Shown: piece by piece, positions 18,776 through 27,812 of the stretch
Layout of the letters: each line of letters begins with the position of its first letter
Position numbering within the stretch: the stretch's first letter is position 1
NCBI GenBank assembly: GCA_041946805.1
Contig: JBHGBC010000025.1
Span: 1-51,695 of the forward strand
Length of the DNA: 51,695 nucleotides
Reading direction: 5' to 3'
Source: a bacterium
GTDB lineage: Bacteria > Hinthialibacterota > Hinthialibacteria > Hinthialibacterales > Hinthialibacteraceae
Notes under the pieces: model-generated
The model's input: only the letters and a program-made list of their open reading frames with translations
Databases searched by the model: none
What the model was told of the DNA's origin: nothing
Made by a program: the position numbers and the translations under genes

Positions 18776-19739
18776 GCACCATTTTCTCCGCCGCGGCGGC
18801 GATATCGCCGGCGTTGACGCGCATGTACTCGATCATTTCCGGAGCGCCGGGCGGCGGGGCGTCCGGGAACGCCAGCCGTTTGAATCGCGCGCCGGGAACC
18901 GCTTCCGCCGTCCGGGCGATGATTTCAGCGCCGTTGCCGAAGCTGTAACCGCCATCGTCGGAGGTCAACAGCCGGCCGGTCTTCTTCACTGACGCGATGA
19001 TCGTCTCCATCACCGTATCCAAGGGAGCCAAGGTCCGGGGATCGATGAATTCGGCGCTGATCCCCCGCTGCTGCAACTGGGTGACCGCTTTCGCGATTTC
19101 AACGGTTTGGGGCGCGTAGCCCACGATCGTGATGTCCTTCCCCTCGGTACGGACGGCGGCCTCGCCGATGGGCACCGTGTACGGCTCGTCGGGAACCTCG
19201 GGACCGGAAGACGGGACGGGATATTGGCAGAACACCACGGGATCGACGTCCCGGATGGCGGAGATCATCAAGCCCTTGGCGTCGTAGGGATTGGAGGGGA
19301 TCACGACCTTCAGCCCCGCGAGCCGGGCGTAGCACGATTCCAATCCCGCGTCCGCGTGCTGCCCGGCCTGGTAGGGCGCGCGGCCCAGCATGTCGGCCCA
19401 GAGCACCATGGGAAACGCCGCCTGGCCGCCGGTCATGTGCCGCAATTTGCCCGCGTGGTTGAACATCAATTCAAACGGGATCAACGTGGTCATGCTCGGG
19501 ATATGGGCGATGGCGCGGACCCCGGTCATGGACATTCCCATGGCCCCGCCGGTGATCCAATTTTCGTCGATGGGGCTGAAGTTGGCCCGCCAGCGTCCGA
19601 ACTCGGCTTCCAGGTCGATGGTCCGTCCTTGCCAACCAGCCGCGGGCCGCTGGTATTCATACAACAAGGTTAAATACGGATCCCGCCGCATTTCCCCCTG
19701 GATCGCTTCCAGAATCGCGTAGTTCATGTTCTTGGGCAT
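18768..19739 (-). CDS. 2-oxoacid/acetoin dehydrogenase E1 beta-like subunit (divergent)
   Basis: GLKVVIPSNPYDAKGL, GKDITIV, IDPRTLAPLD and SVKKTGRL motifs. Confidence 0.88.
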   Translation of the reverse strand: MPKNMNYAILEAIQGEMRRDPYLTLLYEYQRPAAGWQGRTIDLEAEFGRWRANFSPIDENWITGGAMGMSMTGVRAIAHIPSMTTLIPFELMFNHAGKLRHMTGGQAAFPMVLWADMLGRAPYQAGQHADAGLESCYARLAGLKVVIPSNPYDAKGLMISAIRDVDPVVFCQYPVPSSGPEVPDEPYTVPIGEAAVRTEGKDITIVGYAPQTVEIAKAVTQLQQRGISAEFIDPRTLAPLDTVMETIIASVKKTGRLLTSDDGGYSFGNGAEIIARTAEAVPGARFKRLAFPDAPPPGAPEMIEYMRVNAGDIAAAAEKMVRG

Positions 19740-19761
19740 GATTATTCGCTCCCCCGGTTCC

Positions 19762-20952
19762 TCAACTCTTGCGGAGAGGAACCGCGCCTTCCGCGAATAC
19801 GTTCAACAGGCCATCCTCGGGCTTGGGAGCCGGCTGCGCTTCCGCGAAGGCGGCCGCCTGGTCCACCGCTTGTTGGACTTCCTCCACGATGCGGCCGGCT
19901 TGCGGTTCGGTCAGAACGTTCTCGTTGACCAGGAAGCGTTCAAACCGGCGGATGGGATCCTGGGCCATCCATTCCCGCAGTTCCCGGTCGGAGCGGTAAC
20001 CCAGGCCGAACGCGCCGTCTCTCCCGGCCTGGGCGCCGGCCGTCCCGTAGTGGTCATACCACCGGTAGGTTTTGCATTCGATGACCGTGGGACCGCCGCC
20101 CTTCCGGGCCTTTTCCACGGCGTGCCGGGCGGCCTCGTACACCGCCAGAACATCATTGCCGTCCACGACGCGGCTCTCGATGCCATACCCATCCGCCCGG
20201 CGCGCGAGGTCCTGGATGGCATAGACATCCGCGCAATTCACCCAGATCTGATATTGATTGTTCTCGATCACGCAGATCCAGGGGAGTTTGTACGTGGCGG
20301 CGCTGTTCGCGGCGCTGGTGAAAAAACTGCCCTGGATGGAGCCGTCTCCACCGAAACTGACCACTACTTGATCGGTTCCCTTGACCTTGATGCCATAGGC
20401 CGCCCCCGCGCCGAGCAGGTGGGAGGATCCCACGATCCCGTTCATCCCCAGAATGCCGAGGCTCATATCCGTGATATGCAGCGATCCCCCGTATCCCTTG
20501 CAGTATCCGGTGGCCTTATGGGTGATTTCAGCGAGCATGCGGTTGAGGTCGCCGCCCTTGGCGATCAGGTGGCCGTGGCCGCGGTGGGTGCTGGCGATAT
20601 AATCGTCCTGGCGCAAGGCGTTGCAGACCCCGACAGCGACCGCTTCTTCACCGACATACAGATGCGCCACGCCGCGGAATCCGCCCTGGAGGATCAATTC
20701 CTTGATTTTGGTTTCCCAGAGGCGGATCTTGACCATGTCACGGTACATGGACGTCAATTGTTCCGCCGGCAGGTTGTCCACATAGGTGGATGCGGCCCGC
20801 GCGGTTTTGGCTCCCATGGATGAAAAGAAAGCCGATCCGATACCCGCCGCGCCCAGGCTGTGTACAAACGCCCGGCGGGACACCGGGTGAGTTTCCCGTA
20901 CCGAAGCCGTATCCGCCGCTTTTCGATTGTCGGCACGATCTTTGATGTTCAT
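19762..20952 (-). CDS. TPP-dependent dehydrogenase E1 alpha-like subunit with an N-terminal twin-arginine signal-like sequence
   Basis: HLYVGEEA, STHRGHGH, GYGGSLH, GDG...NN TPP motif, VDGNDV and ECKTYR. N-terminus contains SRRAFVHSLGAAGIGSAFFSSMGAKTARA. Confidence 0.9.
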   Translation of the reverse strand: MNIKDRADNRKAADTASVRETHPVSRRAFVHSLGAAGIGSAFFSSMGAKTARAASTYVDNLPAEQLTSMYRDMVKIRLWETKIKELILQGGFRGVAHLYVGEEAVAVGVCNALRQDDYIASTHRGHGHLIAKGGDLNRMLAEITHKATGYCKGYGGSLHITDMSLGILGMNGIVGSSHLLGAGAAYGIKVKGTDQVVVSFGGDGSIQGSFFTSAANSAATYKLPWICVIENNQYQIWVNCADVYAIQDLARRADGYGIESRVVDGNDVLAVYEAARHAVEKARKGGGPTVIECKTYRWYDHYGTAGAQAGRDGAFGLGYRSDRELREWMAQDPIRRFERFLVNENVLTEPQAGRIVEEVQQAVDQAAAFAEAQPAPKPEDGLLNVFAEGAVPLRKS

Positions 20953-21203
20953 TGGAATGCTCCTCGCGCGGGGCGCCTCAAAACCGGTTCACTGGATTGT
21001 AGGGATGGCCGGCCATTCCCCTGTGGATATAAGGATACCGCCCATTCTCCCACCACGAGATTGGATCCGTCAACAAGAATGATTCATCCGGCAAGGGCGC
21101 ACTTTTTTTCCCGAATACGCAGCCGCTCTTTAATTTTACATTGATAAAACACAATATGCAGTATACCCGGCGTTAAAACACACTGGATATCGATGTAAGC
21201 AAG

Positions 21204-21341
21204 TTGTCACGGAAAAATTCTGAAATCACTCGCCGCGGTATGGCTTCAATAGCGGCTGGAATTTTGGGTAATCCGAAGTCCAGACAAATGGATAAACGAG
21301 TTGCTGGATCTGTTCTGATTCCAACACGAAATAAGAAGTAA
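21204..21341 (+). CDS. Small basic hypothetical protein (45 aa, below the ORF-track cutoff)
   Basis: TTG-initiated ORF (M)SRKNSEITRRGMASIAAGILGNPKSRQMDKRVAGSVLIPTRNKK in an AT-rich patch. No clear RBS. Confidence 0.4.
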   Translation: MSRKNSEITRRGMASIAAGILGNPKSRQMDKRVAGSVLIPTRNKK

Positions 21342-21485
21342 AAAATATCTGCTGTTAGATACATGATCACTAGGAGCCAGTCAGCACAAGTGATTCGACG
21401 TGGAAGTTTATTGGCATTGTCATAAAGCACGGTTAGAATCGGCCAACCGGCGAATCACCGGGGGCTGGCCAATGTCTCAAAGGCA

Positions 21486-21728
21486 TTACTGCGCGGAAAC
21501 GGCGGGGGGGTAAGTATTCCAGGACGACCTGGGGATTTCCCCCTTTCCCAGAATTCTTTTGGCGTCGAGGACTTCGACTCCGGCTAACGTTTCATCCTTC
21601 GCGAGATTCATCCCGATTTCATCCCTAAGCCGAACGCGGCGGCATTGAGGATCGCCTTCCAGGAGCCGGATATAAAGCGCATCCACTTCCGGATCATACG
21701 AGATTCGCAGGGCTCTTTGCTCGCCCAA
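21486..21728 (-). CDS. DUF2283 domain protein, possibly degenerate
   Basis: RISYDPEVDALYIRL...GVEVLDA is the DUF2283 pattern. The expected Met before RISYD is a CTG codon. Confidence 0.7.
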   Translation of the reverse strand: MGEQRALRISYDPEVDALYIRLLEGDPQCRRVRLRDEIGMNLAKDETLAGVEVLDAKRILGKGEIPRSSWNTYPPAVSAQ

Positions 21729-21746
21729 CGATCACTTCTTTTTCCA

Positions 21747-23204
21747 TCACTTCTTCTTCGGCAAGAACATATCCGTTTCCGTCAGGCCGCATTCGCGGAT
21801 CATGTCGAGACAATACTCGAGGCGGCCAAGATTGGCGTCGCCGTTGTTGGTCCCGAAGGTGAATTTTACCCCCGCCTTCTTGGCGAGTTTGATAAAAGCG
21901 GGGCTGGGAAGGCGGTAGCGGTTGTTGATCTCGATGGCCACGTGATTTTGCGCGGCGGCGCCGATCACCGCTTGCATGCGCTCCGGCGTCCACAGGCTGT
22001 CGTATTCAGCCGCGATGACGTCCGGCAAAAAGGTGGGATTGACGTAGATGTCAATCGGCTCGTTATTCAACACGTACTGAATGCGGTCGACGTACATGTC
22101 CATGAATTGCTGCTTGTCGTCGATGTGGACTTCTTCCGGAATCCACAGGCGCACGCGCTTGCCGCGGCCGTCGGTGAAGGTCATGGCGTCGGTGAAGACG
22201 TAATCGAATTTTTTCCGGGTTTCCGGAGATACCAGGTTGACCCACTCGCGCCCCTCGCCTTGCAAACCGGCATACACCGGCTGGCCCTTCATGCTATCCA
22301 GGAACTGCGTGACGCCTTCATCGTTGTTCACGGAAAAGCCGACTCCACAATTGATGACAACCCCGTAATTGATGCCGTCCCGCCGCGACAGGGCCAGCGC
22401 CTGCTCGAGGGTCAAACCTCCCTTGAGATGCACATGGAAATCGACGAGGGGGAAATTGGCGGCGTGCAATTGGGCGATCCGGCGGTAGGTTTCATCCACC
22501 GCGGGCGGCTGGGGGGCGTCGCCTGGGGATCCCTCCGGCAAGGGTTTGACGCGGATATTCTTGAAAAACACCTTACTCCCGGGATCGTGGCATTGCAGAG
22601 CGAAGGTCCCGCGGGAGAGCCGCCGGCCGGCGTATTCCCCCTCGCGCGGCGGATTGTCCGGCTCGACGTAATCCACCACGAGCATGCCGTTCAAATGGAT
22701 CCGGACCCATTTCCCGGCCACGGTGATCCGCAGGGTGAACCATTCGTTGTCGGGTATCAGGGATTTATACACGTTCCGCACCGCGTAGAGGCTGCCGGTA
22801 CGTTTGAATTCCACGTAACCGCCCTCGCCGGTCGCGGTGTTGTTGATCTGCACCTCGTAGCCTTGGGCCGGGAAATCCCGGTCCTGGAACCGTGTGTGGA
22901 AATAGATGCCGGAATTCGCGCCCGGCCGGGTCATCACGTCGGCCTGGAACTCAAAATTCTCGAATTGGGCATTCTGCACTTCTCCGGCGTAAAACAGATG
23001 CGCCCGGGGCCCGTTGCAGAGGATCGCGCCATCCACGACCTGGAACGAGCCGGGATTCTCCGCGGCTTGCCAGCCGTCCAGATTTTGGCTGTTGAATAGA
23101 GCAATCCACCCGTCTTCCGCCGCGCCCGCGGATCCCGCGAACACGCACCCGGCGAGTAACACTGTCACAAGGCTGGATGTTGAGATCCCCCAATACGTCA
23201 TCAT
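21747..23204 (-). CDS. Secreted DUF1080 (3-keto-disaccharide hydrolase family) domain fused to a PHP-like domain
   Basis: RBS and signal peptide, then GWIALFN..NLDGW, ANSGIYF, GYEVQI, TGSLY, LQCHDPG and FKNI, followed by DFHVHLKG, AIEIN and FTFGTN. Confidence 0.85.
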   Translation of the reverse strand: MMTYWGISTSSLVTVLLAGCVFAGSAGAAEDGWIALFNSQNLDGWQAAENPGSFQVVDGAILCNGPRAHLFYAGEVQNAQFENFEFQADVMTRPGANSGIYFHTRFQDRDFPAQGYEVQINNTATGEGGYVEFKRTGSLYAVRNVYKSLIPDNEWFTLRITVAGKWVRIHLNGMLVVDYVEPDNPPREGEYAGRRLSRGTFALQCHDPGSKVFFKNIRVKPLPEGSPGDAPQPPAVDETYRRIAQLHAANFPLVDFHVHLKGGLTLEQALALSRRDGINYGVVINCGVGFSVNNDEGVTQFLDSMKGQPVYAGLQGEGREWVNLVSPETRKKFDYVFTDAMTFTDGRGKRVRLWIPEEVHIDDKQQFMDMYVDRIQYVLNNEPIDIYVNPTFLPDVIAAEYDSLWTPERMQAVIGAAAQNHVAIEINNRYRLPSPAFIKLAKKAGVKFTFGTNNGDANLGRLEYCLDMIRECGLTETDMFLPKKK

Positions 23205-23397
23205 GGTGGTGTTCCTTCCTTGGAAATTTGTCTTGGCCGATTTCAACCGGGACATGGATCCCGGGGAGAGAATCCAATGAATTGACATCCCATCGAGTTG
23301 AATGCACCAGGGAGCGATCCAACCACCGGAACGGGAAAAAGGCATTCCCCACGCCCCGTGGGAGAGGAACGGGGTGAGGAATTGTGAATCAAGGTCT

Positions 23398-23434
23398 TCC
23401 CTCACCCTACCCCTCTCCCCAAGGGAGAGGGAAT
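23398..23434. repeat. CCCTCACCC-CCCTCTCCC/GGGAGAGGG hairpin repeat
   Basis: TTCCCTCACCCTACCCTCTCCCCAAGGGAGAGGGAA. The same core occurs near 6400, 9440, 27540, 32711, 37948, 39319, 41041 and 41207. Confidence 0.75.
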
Positions 23435-23653
23435 TTTTGGGAACCTTCATCCGGGCTAGGCCGAATGGGCCTCGCATCCGAATGCGCCATTGTAATTCAT
23501 ATCCCCCTTGGGTCGGCAAGGGACGCAGGGAATTCAATTAAATCCACTCGAAATCCACCGCGGGCTTTGCGAACCGTTTCACGATGCTTTAGGATAGATC
23601 CCATCCGGTACACGATACCTAAAACAATATGCTGACAAGAGAGGACATCGACC

Positions 23654-24880
23654 ATGAATCATCCAATCAGCCGCCGCGAGGCCGTCAAGACATCGTTCCT
23701 GGCCGGCGCCGCCCTGGCCGCTCCACTCTACATGCCCAGCCGGGTTTTCGGCGCGAACGACACGATCATCATGGGGATCATCGGCTCGGGGGGACGCGGA
23801 TGCGATGTCATGAAAAAGTGCATCCGGGAAAACGCCAAGTTCGTGGCTGTCTGCGACGTCTCCGCGCCCCGCATCAAGGATGGAATCCAAACCGCGGAAA
23901 TCAACAACGACGGGAAAATCGATGTTTACCAGGATTTCAATGAGTTGTTGGAGCGCAAGGACATCGACGCGGTCTTGATCGGCACGCCCGAGCATCAGCA
24001 CTGCCGCCAGATGGTCGCCGCCGTGCAGGCCGGCAAGGATGTCTATTGCGAAAAACCCATGTCGCACACCATCGAGGAAGGCGCGTGGGCGGTGCGCGAA
24101 GTGCGCAAGACCGACCGCATCGCCCAAATCGGCATGCAGCGCCGCAGCGCCCCGTTGATTCGGGAAGGGCTCAAGGTCATCCAATCCGGGATTCTGGGCG
24201 ACATCAACTTCGTGAAGGCGCAATGGAACTGGCAGGCTTCCGGCCCGCAGGACAACAGCCCGCTGGGATTTGAAATCGACTGGGAACGGTTCGCGTGGCC
24301 CAACGAAGGGCTCGAATTCCAGCCGAAATATGTGCGCAACTGGCGGGTTTTCTGGCCGTTTTCCGGCGGTATTTCCAACGACCAGGGCACGCATATCATG
24401 GATGTGGTGCAGTGGTACATGGGCCAGGTTACGCCCCTGGAGGCGGACGGCTTCGGCTTCATCAAGAAGATGACCGGCGCGGATTGCCCCGACGTCTTCA
24501 CCGCCACCTTGCGCTATCCGAAATTCATCGCCACCTGGACCATCAACTACACCAGCAATTTCATGGATTGGTGGCATATCCTCTTCCAGGGCGAAAAAGG
24601 CACCATGCACCTGCACCGCTTCGGCTTCCAGGTCTATCTGGACAAGGACAAGGAAGACGGCAAGGACCTGCCCACCAAGGCCCATATCGATTTCAAGGGC
24701 GACTTGCCCGACGAACCGCACATCAAGAATTTCATCGAGTGCGTGAAAAGCCGCCAGGAACCCAACGCGACGGTGGAGATCGGTCACCAGGCCATCTGCG
24801 GGCCGCACCTGGCCAACGTGGCTTACCGCAACAACCGCCGGGCGAAACTCGATCCCGAAGCGACGAAGGTTACGATGTAA
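23654..24880 (+). CDS. Gfo/Idh/MocA family oxidoreductase with Tat signal
   Basis: SRREAVK, IIGSGGRG, GTPEHQH, VYCEKPM and DQGTHIMD motifs. Confidence 0.92.
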   Translation: MNHPISRREAVKTSFLAGAALAAPLYMPSRVFGANDTIIMGIIGSGGRGCDVMKKCIRENAKFVAVCDVSAPRIKDGIQTAEINNDGKIDVYQDFNELLERKDIDAVLIGTPEHQHCRQMVAAVQAGKDVYCEKPMSHTIEEGAWAVREVRKTDRIAQIGMQRRSAPLIREGLKVIQSGILGDINFVKAQWNWQASGPQDNSPLGFEIDWERFAWPNEGLEFQPKYVRNWRVFWPFSGGISNDQGTHIMDVVQWYMGQVTPLEADGFGFIKKMTGADCPDVFTATLRYPKFIATWTINYTSNFMDWWHILFQGEKGTMHLHRFGFQVYLDKDKEDGKDLPTKAHIDFKGDLPDEPHIKNFIECVKSRQEPNATVEIGHQAICGPHLANVAYRNNRRAKLDPEATKVTM

Positions 24881-24921
24881 GAAAGATCATGATTGTTGAA
24901 GTAAGGTGGTCAGGGTGAGAC

Positions 24922-24955
24922 AACGCAGGGGCACGTGGCCACGCGCCCCTGCGTT
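24922..24955. repeat. REP-like or terminator-like hairpin between convergent genes
   Basis: AACGCAGGGGC-ACGTGGCCACGC-GCCCCTGCGTT, an 11-bp perfect stem. Confidence 0.6.
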
Positions 24956-24995
24956 TCCGTTCCTGGCATCAATCACCCGGCGGTTCGCCCACCCT

Positions 24996-26033
24996 TCAAT
25001 CCCGTCCCGCCTCGTCGTACATGGCGGCGATGTTTTCGGTGGGGATGTCGGGCAAGAGGGTATGGCTGGGACAAAAGATGAACCCCCCGCCGGGTTGCAT
25101 GGTCTCGATCAACTCCCGCGTGGCGGAGCGCACCTCTTCCGGTGTTCCACGCGGGAGAACGGATTGAATATCCATCCCGCCATGGAAACACAATTGTTCA
25201 CCGAAATCCCTTTTCAAATCCCGGGGCGACATGCCTTTACACAACGGTTGGATGGGATTGAGGATATCCACCCCGGCCTCGATCAGGTCCTCGATGTACA
25301 GACGCACCGATCCGCACGAGTGAAACATCAAACGCTTGCCAAACGAATGGACCAGCCCGGCCATTTGCCGCACGCGCGGTTTCACGAATTCACGGAATAG
25401 TTTCAAACTCATCATCGGCGCGCGCTGGGAGCCCAGGTCACTGATCAAGAGAAAGATATCGATCCGGCCCCGGGTGGTTTCCATCGCCCGCGTCCAGTCC
25501 TCCCGGTAGAAATCCGTCAACTTGCCGGTCACGAAATGCACCCAGTCCGGGCGTTCCACCATGTCGAAGAACATGCCGTCCAGGCCGCGCACCATGGCCG
25601 CGCGCTGCCAGATGTCGGCATACCCGTACAGCAACGCGTAGTCATCGTCCCGGCGGATTTGCTCCACCAGGTGGCTTTGGTCCACCCAATCGTTGGAAGG
25701 CCAGTGATGCGCTGCGATGGCCTCGAAGTTTTGGGCGTTGTCCAGCGCTCCGCCGCACGCGAGTTTTTCGCCTTCCGGGGTGACGCGAAACCGTTCCCCC
25801 CACATGTTTTCGAGATACGCGCCGCGCGGATCGGAGAAATCCGGCCCGGTGTACCGGTGGTCCATCCAGCGCAAGTCGATCTGAAAGCGTTCGAGCAAGT
25901 CCCGCTTCGTGGGGAGATTCAAATCCCGCAGCAGCCGCTTCCAGACCACGGCTTCCGCCCAAAAATCCAACGGCACGCGTCTGGTATCCTGATGCTCCAC
26001 AGCCGCCAATACCCGTTCCCGGCCGCGCATCAT
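24996..26033 (-). CDS. Uroporphyrinogen decarboxylase-like (URO-D/MtaA-CmuA superfamily) protein
   Basis: SDLGSQ, FHSCG, ILNPIQP, FHGGMDIQ and GGGFIFCPSH...PTENI motifs. Confidence 0.88.
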   Translation of the reverse strand: MMRGRERVLAAVEHQDTRRVPLDFWAEAVVWKRLLRDLNLPTKRDLLERFQIDLRWMDHRYTGPDFSDPRGAYLENMWGERFRVTPEGEKLACGGALDNAQNFEAIAAHHWPSNDWVDQSHLVEQIRRDDDYALLYGYADIWQRAAMVRGLDGMFFDMVERPDWVHFVTGKLTDFYREDWTRAMETTRGRIDIFLLISDLGSQRAPMMSLKLFREFVKPRVRQMAGLVHSFGKRLMFHSCGSVRLYIEDLIEAGVDILNPIQPLCKGMSPRDLKRDFGEQLCFHGGMDIQSVLPRGTPEEVRSATRELIETMQPGGGFIFCPSHTLLPDIPTENIAAMYDEAGRD

Positions 26034-26036
26034 GGA

Positions 26037-27350
26037 TTACACGATCCACGGGGCCCGTTTGACCAGGTCCAGCTTTTGATTGGCCTCATCATCGTTGATG
26101 AAATGCTCTTCCTTGGGATCCCATACCAGCTTCCGGTTGAGTTGCTGCGTGATTCCACCCAGCAATAAGATACTGGCGGCCCGGTGCGCCGTTTCGATAT
26201 CGCAGATGGGCGGTTTGCGGGTCTTGACGCATTCCAGGAAATTCAACGTATGGCCGGGAGTCTTTTGCAGATGCACATCATCCGGTCCGAGCGGCTTTTC
26301 CAGAATGCTGGACGGATCGGACACGAGATTCTCGCGGTCCACGCCGATCTTGCCCTCGGTCCCGACGAACCACGCGCCGCCCGTCTGGCCGATGTCCGTC
26401 CCGGGATACCGGCGGCCGTACACCACCACGCCGTTGGCAAAGCGGTACGCGGCCGCGCCGTTGTCTATGTACAACTCCACCGGGCCCGTGCGGTCCGCGT
26501 CCAGAGCCCAGTTCACGAAATCGTAGTGATGCTGCCCCCAGTTGATCCCCCCAGATCCGAACAGGTGCGCGTCCGACCGGCCCTGGTATGGGATCTTGGG
26601 CGCGGGACCCAGCCACAGGTCCCAATCCAGCCCGTCCGGAATGGGAACTTCCTTCCCGGTTTCCGTGGGCCACATCGCGCCGCCCCCGTCAATGCAGGCG
26701 TACACTTCCTTGAGTTGGCCGAGGCGGCCGCTGCGCACGTACTCGCACGCCTTCCGGAACTTGCCTTCGTATTCCGAACGCTGCTGCGTGCCGGCCTGGA
26801 ACACCCGCTGGTTTTCGAGCACGGCCTTGACCATGGCCTGGCTCTCCTTCACGGTCACGGCGGTGGGCTTTTCACAGTAGATATCCTTGCCCGCCCGGGC
26901 GGCGAAGACGGTCATGGTGGCGTGCCAATGAATCGGCGTGGCGATCAGCACGGCGTCCACGTCCTCCCGTTGCAGGATGTCCCGGAAATCGTTGTACGCC
27001 TCGCAGGATTGGTAGTTCCCCTTGCCGTATTTGCGGGTGTAATGCAGGTTGACATGATCCCGCGTTTGTTCCCGGCTCTGGCGCCACACGTCGCAGACGG
27101 CCAATACCTGAATGTAATTTTGCTCCACGTACCCGCCGGGCAGGTAGGTCCAGGCTTCTCCGAAGAGATGCCCCTTGCCCATCGTGCCCGTGCCGATAAA
27201 GCCCATGGTGATGCGGTCGCTGGGCGCGGTGTAGCCCGCTTTCCCCAAAGCCGAAGCGGGAATGATAAGCGGGCCGGCGGCCAGAGCGCCCAGGGCGCAT
27301 CCCCCGCGTTGAAGGAAATGGCGGCGTGAAATCGGTTTGGATCTCGTCAT
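26037..27350 (-). CDS. Gfo/Idh/MocA family oxidoreductase with Tat signal
   Basis: SRRHFL, APSDRI, IATPIHWH, IYCEKP, AGTQQRS and WDLWLGPAP motifs. GGAGG RBS upstream of the ATG at 27350. Confidence 0.92.
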   Translation of the reverse strand: MTRSKPISRRHFLQRGGCALGALAAGPLIIPASALGKAGYTAPSDRITMGFIGTGTMGKGHLFGEAWTYLPGGYVEQNYIQVLAVCDVWRQSREQTRDHVNLHYTRKYGKGNYQSCEAYNDFRDILQREDVDAVLIATPIHWHATMTVFAARAGKDIYCEKPTAVTVKESQAMVKAVLENQRVFQAGTQQRSEYEGKFRKACEYVRSGRLGQLKEVYACIDGGGAMWPTETGKEVPIPDGLDWDLWLGPAPKIPYQGRSDAHLFGSGGINWGQHHYDFVNWALDADRTGPVELYIDNGAAAYRFANGVVVYGRRYPGTDIGQTGGAWFVGTEGKIGVDRENLVSDPSSILEKPLGPDDVHLQKTPGHTLNFLECVKTRKPPICDIETAHRAASILLLGGITQQLNRKLVWDPKEEHFINDDEANQKLDLVKRAPWIV

Positions 27351-27441
27351 GGGGATAATGTCCCTCCTTTTTTTATGGATCGGTTCAACCGGATCTATTA
27401 AGCTGAATTTGGAGATAATTGTCGAGACAGGAGAATGGTTT

Positions 27442-27672
27442 TTTTCATCCAGGAAGTGCAAACTTCATAAGGCCAAATCGATTCCATTCACTCCGGAATG
27501 AGGGCGGACACCCAGGTCCGTCCCCACAAAAATACCCTCACCCCACACCTCTCCCAGAGGGAGAGGGAATTTGGAGGGGGGTCATCGATGATTTCGAAAA
27601 GAGGTGAATCGGTGATCTGATAATAAAGAACCCAATAAACGGATGCGCCTTTTTTTATCACTCGCGATGAAT
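27442..27672. repeat. MITE-family copy with degenerate ends
   Basis: Begins TTCATCCAGGAAGTGC. The reverse complement of 27470-27620 aligns closely with 6340-6490. Confidence 0.7.
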
Positions 27673-27812
27673 ACCGGAAATTCAAAAGCACCGTTCGTCT
27701 CCGGATGGCTGATTATCCCGTATGAGGTATGGTATAGTGGGAGGATTCCGGGCGGGGATTGCCCAGGAATCCACCCCACATACAACGCGGGGCAGGTGGG
27801 ACATCATCCGTT

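Noticed and set aside
21173..21430. 85-aa minus-strand ORF
   Set aside because: It has no recognisable motif or RBS, and the plus-strand 45-aa ORF looks more protein-like. This remains uncertain.
23205..23537. Long N-terminal extension of the DUF1080-PHP ORF
   Set aside because: It runs through a hairpin repeat (SLSLGERGRVRE). An RBS and signal peptide support the start at 23204.
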